Source: Raja brachyura
Taxonomy: Eukaryota
Reading direction: 5' to 3'
Length of the DNA stretch: 64,000 bases
NCBI GenBank assembly: GCA_963514005.1
Contig: OY740797.1
Location: 24,676,001 to 24,740,000 of the forward strand
How positions within the stretch are numbered: position 1 is the stretch's first letter; every line of letters begins with the position of its first letter. Of this stretch, positions 50,001 to 62,000 are shown piece after piece. Below the pieces are notes generated by a model that ran no database searches, was not told where the DNA came from, and was given only the letters and a program-made list of their open reading frames with translations. Position numbers and translations under genes: made by a program.

Positions 50001-53000
50001 CCAAACAAAACGCAGACAACAGCAGGACTGTACGAAGCTTGGAGCTCCCTGACCGAGACAGACCATGTGGAGAGCGGGACAGTTTATACCTGCCAGGTGT
50101 CTCATATTTCTCTTCCGCATCCAACGAATATCAGTTATACTTTCTACAGTCGAGGTAAGAATAATGATACATTTTCGATGCAATTTGGCCACATACCCAA
50201 GATTACCTCAGGAAATGGTGTGGTTAATACACTATATTGTCCGTTTAGCACATGTATAAACGTTGGGATGTTGGATTAAGCACTTGCTGAAAGGTGGGGC
50301 ATTCTTGAGTGTTCAGGTGGCATATTTCCTGTTCCCAACGTTTTGACTTTGCGGAAGATGTTGGGACAAACGTCCATGCTTGTGTGTGTCTCATGAACGT
50401 TATTACAATCTGTTCCATCATGCATTATGGTCCGGGTTAAACCATAAATGAAGCACCAGATCATCACGAACGAAACAAACTAATGCCTAAAATATACTGC
50501 GAAGATGTTCGCTGGCAATCGCTTGATTATGAAAGTATATTTTGGTGCCAAAACTCCACGCTATGGCAAGATCTGGAATAATTGGACTTACATGTTCTGA
50601 GAGACAGGTCCTGCATGCATTTGGGGAGGCGTGGAGAAAGGAATTGCACATGCTGGTTTACACCGAAGAGAGACACAAAATGCTGGAGTAACTCAGCTGG
50701 ACAGGCAGCATCTCTAGATAGAAGGAATGCGTGACGTTTCGGGTCGAGACCATTCTTCAGTCCGGAAAAGGATCTCGACCCGAAACGTCACACATTCCTT
50801 CGATCCAGAGATGCTGCCTATCCCGCTGAGTTGCTCCAGCATTTTGTAGCTATCTATGCATTTGGGGAGGCGTGGACTGTTCGGGGATAGTCAGATTTTC
50901 TTCGTGCGTGGGAATTCGCGTTTTACGACTCTGAATACGGGGTTTGAAACGGTGACCATGAACATTGACGAGGACAGTGCGGTGTATTGCCTACTTAGAC
51001 TTTAGAATGGCATTTGATAAGGGTCTGGTTGACTAGTCTGACAGGTAAGTTCGTATTGGATCCAGGGCGAGCTTGTCAATTGGATACGGAATTCCCTTGA
51101 AAATGGGAAATTGCCTTAAAGATAGTGATGGTAGAGGCTTGATTTTATGACTAAATGTCTCTGACGAGTGCTATGCCACAGGGATCGGTGGTGGATCCAC
51201 TGTCTGTTTTCTTTCATATTAACGATTTGGATGTGCGTGCAAGGGTAGTTTGTGGATAGCACAAACAATTGTGGTTTAGTGGACTGTGAAGAGATTTATC
51301 AAAAATTACAACGTGATCTTAGTCAAGCGGGCGAATGGTCTGACAAATGACAAATGTCGTTTAAGACAAAATAGGACAGATATGCAGGTAGACTGGGAAA
51401 ATCAGATTGGTACTGGACCCAAAGAAAGGGACTTTGTAGAGTATTCTTTGAACACCTTGTATTGGAGCCTACCAGGGAGAATGCAATTCTGGATTTAGTG
51501 TAATGAAATGAACTGGATTTGATAATGGACCTCGAGGTTAATGGGCCATTAGGAGGCAGTGACCATAACATGGTCAGGTTTAATCTACAATTGGAGAGGG
51601 AGAAGAGTAGATCGGAGGTGTCAGTGTTGCAGTTGAATAAAGGGGACTATGGTGCCATGAGGGGGTAGCTGGCCAAAGTTGATTGGAAAGATACGCCAGC
51701 AGGGATGACAGTGGAACAAAAATGGCAGATGTTTCTATGAATAATACAGATGGTTCAGGATCAGTTAATTCCTAGGAGGAAGAAAGATTCCAAGGGGAGA
51801 AATGGCGGACAAGGCGGACAAGGGACGTCAGGCACAGTATAAATATTAAAGTGAAGAAGTACAACGTAGCAAAGATGAGCGGGAAACAAGAGGATTGGGT
51901 AATATTTCAAGAGCAACAGAAGATATCCAAAAAGACAATCCGGGGAGAAAAGATGAGGCACGAAGGTAAGCTAGCCAAGAACATAAAGGAGGATAGTAAA
52001 AGCTTCTTTAGGTATGTGAAGAGGAATGTATTTGTTAAGACCAAAGTTGGACCCTTGAAGACCGAAAAAGGTGAATTTATTATGGGGAACAAGGAAATGG
52101 CAGATTAGTTGAACAGGAACTTAGGATCTGTCTTCACTAAGGAGGACACGTTGGCATGTTGGCCTTTATAACAAGAGGAATCGAATATAGGAGCAAAGAT
52201 GTCCTTCTGCAGTTGTACAGAGCCCTAGTGAGACCACACCTGGGGTATTGTGTGCACTTTTGGTCCCTTAATTTGAGGAAGGACATTCTTGCGATTGAGG
52301 GAGTGCAGCGTAGGTATACAAGGTTAATTCCCGGGATGGCGGGACTGTCATATGCTGAGAGAATGGAGTAACTGGGCTTGTACACTCTGGAGTTTAGAAG
52401 GATGAGAGGGGTTCTCATTGAAACATATAAGATTGTTAAGGGCTTGGACACGTTAGAGGCAGGAAACATGTTCCCGATGTTGGGGGAGTCATAGAACCAG
52501 GGGACACAGTTTAAGAATAAGGAGTAAGCCATTTAGAACGAAGACGAGGAAACACTTTTTCTCACAGAGAGTGGTGAGTCTGGAATTCTCTGCCTCGGAG
52601 GGCGGTGGAGGCAGGTTCTCTGGATGCTTTCAAGAGAGAGCTAGATAGGGCTTTTAAAAATAGATGAGTCAGGGGATTTGGGGAGAAGGCAGGAACGGGG
52701 TACTGATTGGGGATGATCAGCCATGATCACATTGAATGGCAGTGCTGGCTCGAAGGGCCAAATGGCCTACTCCTGCACCTATTGTCTATTGTCTGTTGTC
52801 TATAAAAAAGATGGCAGAGCGATGGCGGATGTTGTGTGTCAGAGAGGCCTGGGCGCACAAGTACATGGTTTCATGGAAGTCTCTGGGGTGGATAGGGCGA
52901 CGAAGAAGTCATACAGCACATTTGTTTGAATCAGTCAGTGTATTGAGTGCATGAAGAATGCCACCGGTATAATAAATGTAAATAATGCACATTTGTGTAT

Positions 53001-56000
53001 ACTTCTTGTCGCCTTGCTGTTCGAAAGATGTCACCAAACTGTAAACAATGCAAAGGCGATTTACGAGGATGTGATTAGGTCAGATAGGTTTCAGTTATAA
53101 AGTAAGGTGGGGGTGGGGGGATGGGGGGGGGGAGGTTGTTGGCTTGGCCTTCCCCCCCCCCCCCCCCCCTAGTGTACAGGAGGCTGAACGTAAAACATAC
53201 AAGAGCACCGCACAGGAAAGGTCCCTTCATCCTACAATGATTGCACACAACATGATGCCAAGTTAAACTGGTCTCATCTGCCTGTACATAATCCATATCC
53301 CTCAATTCCCTGTACTTCCATGTGCCGGAAAGAACTGCAGATGCTGGTTTACACAAAGATAGACACAAAATGCTGGAATAACTCAGCGTGACAGACAGCA
53401 TCTCCGGATAGAAGGAATGGGTGACGTTTTGAGTCACGATCCTTCCTCGTGAGCCTCCTAAACGCCACTACCGTATCTGTCTCCACCACCCACCCCCCCC
53501 CCCCCCCCCCCCCTCGCAATCCGTCCCAGGATCTCGATACTCTTAGTAAAAATCGTGCCCCGCATATCTCCAAGAAACCTTCCCCATCTCAGCTTATAGC
53601 TATGCAGTCTAAGAATGACAATGTCAACCCCTGGAGAATGATCCTGGTGGTCTACCATATCCACGCCTCAAACAATTATTCAGGCCGACCTTTTGCATTC
53701 CCCAAAAGCCTCTTAAATGTCATTATTGTCCCTTTTTATCTTTGTATCTTTCTCCACTACCACGGATGGCAGCACATTACAGGCAGCAACCATGCTCTGT
53801 GTATAGCACTTGCCCGGCATATCTTCTTTAAACTTTGCCCATCCAACGTAAACATACGCCCTCTAGTCGTTGACTTTACACCAATAAAAAGGGCTCTACG
53901 ATTTGTGCCACATCTACGATTTATATACTTCCATCCATAATCCTTTCAGCCTGCACCGCTCTGGAAAAGACTATCAAATCTGTTCTAACCTCTCCTTATA
54001 AGCAATACCCTCTAATCTAGACAGCATCCTGGTTAAAGGCAGCACTGTGGCGCTGCTGGTGGAGGTACGGCATCATAGCGCTGGAAACCTGGGTTCAATC
54101 CTGATCTCGGGTGCCGTCTGTATGGAGGTTGCACGTTTTCGCTTTGACCACGTGGGGTTCGTGCCAGTGCTGCGGTTTCATCCCACATCCCAAATGATTT
54201 CGCACCATTGGATGTATAGATTAATTGGTCTCTGTAAAGTTGCCCACAATGTGTAGAGTATGGATGAGAAAATGCGATAATATAGAACAAGTGTGAATAA
54301 GTGATCAATGGTCAGCCTTGACTGTTTGGTCGGAATAGGCCTGTTTCAATGTTAACTGGCTTAAACTAAACCTCTTACCTCTTCACTAACCTCACCAAAG
54401 CTTCGACATGGATCCTCTAATGGGGCGATTAGAACTGCACACAATAGTCCAATTGTGGACACACTACACCCTATAAATCTGCAACATGATATATTGACTC
54501 TTATCCTCTATTCACCAATCAATGTAGGTAACAATACCACCCGTCTTCTTCACCACTCTATCTAATTGTGTTGCCCTTTCAGGGAGCTGTCGGCGGAGCC
54601 AAGACCTTTGCGACCAATCCGCTCAGCACCCAGCGAGATTCTTTTAACTTTACAAGTGATTCACTCATGCATGTTGAAGGATTTCTAAACTTGTTGAGGT
54701 ATAGGGGACGGTGGAAGACACCATTCCACAAAGTACTGCTGTGTGTCCTTCACTTAATTGCCATTATTCTTGATCCTTTATCCTCTCCATATTTTACTTT
54801 TTACATCGAGCCTAAATCCCAAGATTGCAGATTTCGCACCATTGGTTATAATTGACATTGTTCAAATGAATCACGGTACGCAATTCCAAGATCACTGACA
54901 CTATTTGTTAGAATCCAATTTGCAATGAATTCCAATGAAAAAGGAGGCAGGTTCCGCCCACGCGTAAACGAATCTATCAAATGATTTCAATTTAATTGAA
55001 TCACTGAGGCATTTGAACATTTTGTCATGTTTACCTGATCTGCCATTGTCATAATTGAAGAAAAATAACTGCTTTAGAAAACCATTGCCAGAATTTTTGC
55101 CAATGTTTTGAGGACACGCCGTTTCATGCCCGAATAATGAACATTGCTTGTACATTGGAAACACTTGCACATAATGGAGAATATCTAACAACCAAGTTAT
55201 AAAATAAAGATAGACACAGAAAGCTGGAGTAACTCAGCGGGACAGGCAGCATCTCTGGAGCGAAGGAATGGGTGACGTTTCGGGTCGAGACCCTTCTTCA
55301 GACCCGACCGAAACGTCACCCATTCCTTCTCTCCAGAGACGCTGCCTGTTCCGCTGAGTTACTACAGTTTTTTTGTGTCTATCTTCGGTTTTATGCAGCA
55401 TCTGTACTTCCTTCTTATAAAAGTTATAACATTAATTCGCGTTTGTCTAAATATTGGATAGATTTCTTTTGTAAAGAGGTAACAAGAAATTTTGAGGAAT
55501 GATTGCTGTAGCTGACGTCAATGAAGAATATTTGATAAAAAAAGATTCGACAAAGCTTCAATCAACATGTTGGTTATTAATGCTGTCGCTCATAGAATGA
55601 AACCAGTCAAGTAATCAATAAACCAGCTTTCAAGAAGGCATACGAAGGAAAGTAATGGAGAGAGTTACAGAGAAAAAAGCTGGATATAGAATGTTGCTCT
55701 TCAAGAATAAGACCCAGTGTAGTAATCAGTTTATGGTTCTTACAAAACTTGTAACCAAACATAAAAGCTGACCCATGTAAGTTGTCATTTGATGAATTTG
55801 ACGTAATATCACGAGACAAGCCAAACATTGATATGTGCGCGTCCTTTCACTAAAGCTGCGTGTCGTTCCGTTGCAAACCATTGCATATTTAATGTGTTAA
55901 TAGGAATCTTGACAAATTTAATCGATTCGTTACCTCAAATCAATAAAATAATTCATGGAATGCGTCTTGTGTGTGAGGGAGAGAGCGTGAATCTCCTGCC

Positions 56001-59000
56001 ATGCCTACCCCCCCCCCCCCCCCCCCCCCAGGTAGCTCATTGATATTCAACAAGAAAGGAACATTTTCGTCCATGTTCTGTATGGATTTTCGATGGTCGC
56101 CGTGCTACCCTGAATACAGCAGACGTCAATTCGCATTTAGAAGTAGACTACGAGGTCATGCACATCATTAGAATGAACGGTTCCAAAAAATCGGGTTTCC
56201 ATCGATATTCTGGATTAAAAAAACAAAGGATTACGTGTTTCTGTGAAGTACAGCACCTCATTTGTCACTAATGGTATTTCCACTGTTCTGTCACAGCGAG
56301 CGAAATCTACCTTCGTTTTTCCTACCACTCTCTTGAATTAATTTAAAAGCCTCTATTCGATTTGAGATCGGATTTCACAGCAAAATTCAACTTCCTTAAT
56401 ATTCCACGAATAATGCATCGTCTGTAATTCTGTCTCGAGCACACCAGGGTCGCCAAAAGGTAGAGATGTTTTCCAGCCACACTGTTGAATTACAAGGTGA
56501 AGAGTATATAACTTTTTATCCCTGCGCATTCGTGAACATTCCACAAAATGTCTTGTTGTACCGACACAGCTATAAACCACTACTTGTTATGATCTGCGAC
56601 ATATCCAAGCTGCATTCTTATATACCGTTTCGAATTGGTTGCAGGCAAATATTTGGTTCTTCTGCACCTTAACGATTCTTTGACTATATGTTATTTACAC
56701 ACAACTAGCATGCGACAACAATGATAAAACAGCAACTGCGTTCATGGGCAATGTTCCTGCATGTTTATTCCCCGTCGACGTTAACTCGATATAAACAAAG
56801 ACTGAATTATGCTTTTGAAGTAATAGCCTGTCCTATTATATAACACTCTAAATATATTACAACTGACCATTATTTTATTGTTTACAGTTTCATTACCCGA
56901 TAATCCATTTCATAACTGGATTTTTGGTTGCGCAGGAGCAGGATTGATACCTCTCATAATCATTATTTTCATTGTGAAACGAAAAGGTAAGACTCCGAAA
57001 CTTTTTGATCTCGGGATTGTTATGAAATTCAGCAATATTTTAGTTAGAAATACAGCTCGGAAACATGTGATTCAGCCCACCGAGTCGGCGCCGAGCAGCG
57101 ACCCTAGTATAATCACACTATCGTACACACACTAGGGAGAATTTACAATTATACCAAGCCATTTAATCTACACATCTGTACGTCTTTGGAGAGTGGGAGG
57201 ACACCGCAGATCCCGGAGAACATAATATTGGAGAGTTATATTGGATCGGACTGCATGCGGTTAGCTGGTCTGTGGTACATACGCCCCATCTCACTGAGTG
57301 TATCGTTTTTCGGAAGCTAACGTTTGAGTTAGTCACCGATTTGTTCATGAAGGATAGATGCTTGGTGTTTTGGGGCAGGTTGTAGGATAAGGGGTTGAGT
57401 CTGAGAAAATGGGTCGGTGATGCAGAAACTCATTCTGTGATTGAATGTGCTCCGACAACTCGAAGTGGACCAATATCCTGTAGGTTTTTAACAATTGGTA
57501 TCGTGAAATTAGTTTTGCAACATACATGTATACAAACTCAAAAGTTTAAAAAAATGTATATGCTGCTATATTTACTGTTTTCTACGATTCTTTGTATGGA
57601 CCAAGAGTTTTTTATTCTAAATTACCTCACTGTAGGGACGTGCAGAACATCGAAAGGACGTGCAGAGCATACAACGAAGGTAAGATATGTATAATACTGC
57701 ATATAGGTTCAAACAGCACTCGGACATCCTCCCAATTATTACCTTCGTTTGGATAATTACAAGATTCTACAAGTCAACTTGCGTGATGAAATTGGAGCAA
57801 AATGAAATTCCTCAGTAATGCCTTCAAATTCAAACACAGCTACTGTAGGCCCATTTGTGTACTTGATGTTTTTTAATGGAAGCATGGCGATAGAAATGTA
57901 AACTTAGGAGAAGGAATAAGCGATATGGTCCTTCGACCTTCCTTGGTCGTTCAATACGTTCATGGCTCATCCTGCCAATTTAGTGTCCCGCTCCTGCTTT
58001 CTCCCAATGTCGCTTGATCCCTGAGACTTGTTTTGCGCTGTAGTTCTCTATCAAGTTATAACAATGTTCACATCATTTTGAATATATTTCATAATTTTGA
58101 TTCGAGTGATTTGTGAAATAGATGTTCTTCTCTCCTGGAGAAGAAATCTGTCCCCATTACAGTTTGAAATAGCTTATCCCGTATTATTTTACAATGATTC
58201 CTGGTACTGGTTGTCCCATCAATGGGAACAACATAACTCCATTATATCTTTCATATACCGTGGATTTGTAAACAATTGTCTGGGCTGCCTTCTCATGCTT
58301 CCAATTTTTTGCGAAATTACATCAATGTAACCCAATGCATACGTTAGTCTTGAAACAGGCTATCAGGCTGTTGAAATCTCATTGTAACACCATCTTCACG
58401 GTCAAATAGACCAAATGTGCGCACACCTCTCCAGGAGAGCAGTCATCAAGGTCTATGCAAGTCGAGACAATCCTTTTCCGATAGCTTTTTTAATCGGAAT
58501 TTGGCATGCTGCTGGAATGTACGATGTTTAATTATGTCTATTGTAGTAACTTTATTGAAAATATCTTGATTCGTAGGAAAGAATTTTAACAAAATACTTT
58601 TTTTTAGACTAAGCATTGGGAACCCAATGAAGGAATTGTTTACAGTACTTTCCTTATCGCTGATGCAAAGCGATCTGCCGAAGATAAATATGCAGAACCG
58701 AGCACAATATATGCCCAGGTATGAGCAACATGCGCCATTTCATTGAGCAGCGATTGAATCACAGTTGAATGTAATTGAAACATTTATCTGAGTGCTTCGT
58801 TCGTAGCTTTGTCTAATTACGATTAACAAATTTCAGTCTCAAAAGGGGGGAAATCTCATCGGCAGAATTAATAGCCTTTGCTTTAATTAAAAAACAATTA
58901 TTTTTTCGTGAATAAGAAAGGTTATAATCCAAAATGCACCTGTAACTGAAATTCAGGTGGTGATAAGAGGGCACAATCTTGAATCTCTCCCGTGCTTCAG

Positions 59001-62000
59001 GTAAAAGTGCTGTCAAATTGTTTCGTGTAAACGTTTTGGGGAATTTAGACCCAACGACGAGGGAGGGCTGCCAACCAATTTTAAGTCAGGAACGAGTATG
59101 ACTCGGAAAGGAACCCACACGTGGCAGTGATCCCATTCAAACTTTGTTCTCTAGGCATGGAGATCAAAGATTGCTATGCGCTTATGTAATGGATGGGATG
59201 AATAGCTGCAGTTTACGTAGTAAATAGTGCACTGGTGAAGGAAATAACGGCTTACGGTTGGCAAGCAAATGCACTGATTTGACCTGAATGGTGTCAGGTG
59301 TCTGGAATTGGAACATTTGCTGGAACTGCACTCAGCTTGCCACATGAACGTCATTCTATCACATGCCCAAGTTATGCTTTGACGATGAGAAAATGTTTCG
59401 GAGTCAGTAGTTAGATAGCCTTTCGCAGAATACGCAGCCTACTCTTGTAGCTCTACTATTTATGTGGCTAATCCTCGTGCATTTGTGATCTACGATGAGT
59501 ACTAAAGAGGTGATGTTGGAGGATGCAGTGATCGCAATGCCACTGAATTTCAGGGTCATCGGTTGGACTCCATTTTTTGTGGTGTGACCCAACACCTTTA
59601 GTCTATCAGGTTGTGAAATTGCCAACAGGGATGGACTATTTGAATTTCTGAGAATTTGCAAGTGGAACGGAATATGGTGCAAACATTCAGTGAACACTCC
59701 AGTTTTGATTTAAGACGGACAGAAGGTAATTTATGATCAATTTAACATGGTTGCGCCTACGATACACCCCAGAATATTGCCCGTGGTGATGGTAACGCTC
59801 TCGGATAGTTCATCTGGAGCAATAACAACCAGTGCACCACGTGACTCCAATTATAAAGAACCCAATGATACTGTAATTGGAATATACCCATGATAGAGAT
59901 AGTGGAGGGAACATTCACCTGATTGATCTTTGCGGAGACTGGTTTTGCTACACGGGGAGATGTTATGAACATATATTGGAGTAGAGAGAATAAAGGTTGT
60001 TCACAAAAACCTGCAATATTTTACAGGCCGATAAATAGATGTTGATATTTATCCCGATTTCGTTGCTTAGAATCAGGCTTTGTAATCTCATAATGAGGAT
60101 ATAGCATTATTGCAGAGATAGCATTATTAACCAAGACTGATCGCTATAACATGATGTGGCAATTGACAATTCAGACACAATGAACAATCTGACAAGATAT
60201 GATGTCATTATTATATTAGGGAAGCAATGCATTTGAGGTTACTGCATGGTAAATTTCTTTTATATACAGTATAGTGTGTTTGATATCTGTAATTCGCTGT
60301 CGGGGGATGTGCTTGAATCAGATACAATAAGCGAGTTTGGTATTCCGACTGCGTATGCCTAGGTCATAGGTCACTAGCTATAAATCAGTCTTGGCAACCG
60401 TGTTGCTGCAATATGTGCCGGCTTGCATCTCATCCGTAGTCGGGTCGGGGTCGGCTCTCTGTCTGCTGTTGAGTTGTTGTTGGGGCATCCCCGTCCCCTC
60501 CCCGGTGTCCTGTCCCTGTCCGGAGGTGTCCAGGTGGCCCTGGGCTGGTGGGGCGGCCCCGGACTTGCCCCAGACAGAGCCGGATTGGTCCCAGCAGCCC
60601 TCCACCTCCACCCCCTCCCCTCAGTCCAACACCGAGATCCTGCTGAACATGGGCAGCTGTCGGCCCTGCTTGAATCCAGGTGACTCAGAGCTGCTGCTGC
60701 TGGAGTCGGCCTGGTTAGTGTCCCGTCGGTCCAGACATCTCGAGTGGTGGGGGGGGGGGGGGGGGGGAGAGAAAGTCCTAGGACTGCCCAGTCTCAACCC
60801 CTCCCCAGGCCCACCTGGTCTCCACCCCCCACCACCTGGTCTCCAACCCCCCCCCCCCCCCCACCCCGTCTCCCACTGAAAAATGACAGAAAATTGGACC
60901 AAACGTATACTCACTGTATCTATAGCGCAGAGATCTGTTTACTGTTATAGCTTACGACCTTTGACAAATCCCATCATTCCCTGCGTTTTTCGGAATACCG
61001 AACTCACTTATTTGCAATGTTTTAATGGCTTTTATACAGATACATCCACGGGCAAGCCATATGTTCCGAAACTGGCCATAAGTATAGATGGGCAAAAGGT
61101 CGGTATTATCACCGACTCTCTGACTGCAAAGCAACATGAGATAAAGATTAGTGGTAATATTTTAACACTACATTAGAGACACTAAAAGGCACTCCTGAGG
61201 CTATTGTTTATATTTTTACGTTTGGGGCGTTAGCCTGAGTGCCGACGCTGATATTGCTTTGCTCACACTGACTGGGGGGTTAGATGATTTCATGGAGATT
61301 TAATTGATAGCATACTTCTCCACACGTGCGCATTGCCTCGTGTAGGTCGATCATTTCACAAATTACGGCTGTTTGAAGTTTCGGGGGGAAAAAAGCCTGG
61401 TTCAGGGCCTAGAGGGTCAAACAGTCTTTACTTCAGTCTTTACTTGTGCTGTCACACCTAAAATGAATCTAAATATCACCGTTAATATTTGACTTCATTC
61501 AGAAATAACATCAGGTATCGAGTTGGGTTCCGTTTACTGCAGAATTCTCAAGACCCCTCAGTGAGAGTGGTCGGATGTTTTGCAAAGCCCGGGCATCCCA
61601 GCTGAAGGGGGCTTGTGGGAGGTGATGTGCAGCACGGTGACTGAAAAGATTGAGAAAGTTGCTGTGGTTACCATGCAGTCTTTCTGGGTTTGGTAGTCTT
61701 ATGAATGTTAGAATCGTGGGTTTCATTTTGTAGGCAATGTAAACTGTGGACCGTTTGCGAGGTAGTTAAATCTGAAAATAACCTTTCATACGCCAACCTC
61801 GCTAATAGTTGTAGTGTAGCTCTTTAAGCGGAAGTGTTTGAGGACTGGTCTCGTGATTTTCTCTTGCGGCATGTAATAGGGAGCCCCGCGTATTTGTTTA
61901 ATACAGAGTTCCCTTATATGAAGGGGATGGTCCCAATTACTACATCTGTAATGTCCCTTCTCTTCCTGGCTAGGGGGTGTGAGCCTGTAATTTTGTCCAG

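Noticed and set aside
47239-50154. Rearranging Ig/TCR locus (V segment plus C exon)
   Set aside because: There is no heptamer/nonamer RSS flanking the V exon and no separate J segments. The J-like strand is in the same exon and is followed directly by a splice donor. The long Tyr-motif tail and uncharged TM are unlike TCR/Ig.
50155-50279. Secreted isoform from read-through of the C1 donor (GKNNDTFSMQF...CPFSTCINVGMLD*)
   Set aside because: About 41 open codons can easily arise by chance, the GK start is forced by the G|GTAAG donor, and there is no clear resemblance to an Ig secretory tailpiece. Transcript evidence would be needed.
60378-60950. GC-rich ORFs and a possible DNA transposon in intron 6
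   Set aside because: The ORFs cross poly-G/poly-C runs and have no domain. The region is probably a repeat, but I could not find matching termini or a TSD to classify it.
61503-61514. 12-nt micro-exon candidate (ttcattcag|aaataacatcag|gtatcg)
   Set aside because: In phase 0 after exon 6 it reads AAA TAA (stop), and such AG...GT pairs are common by chance.
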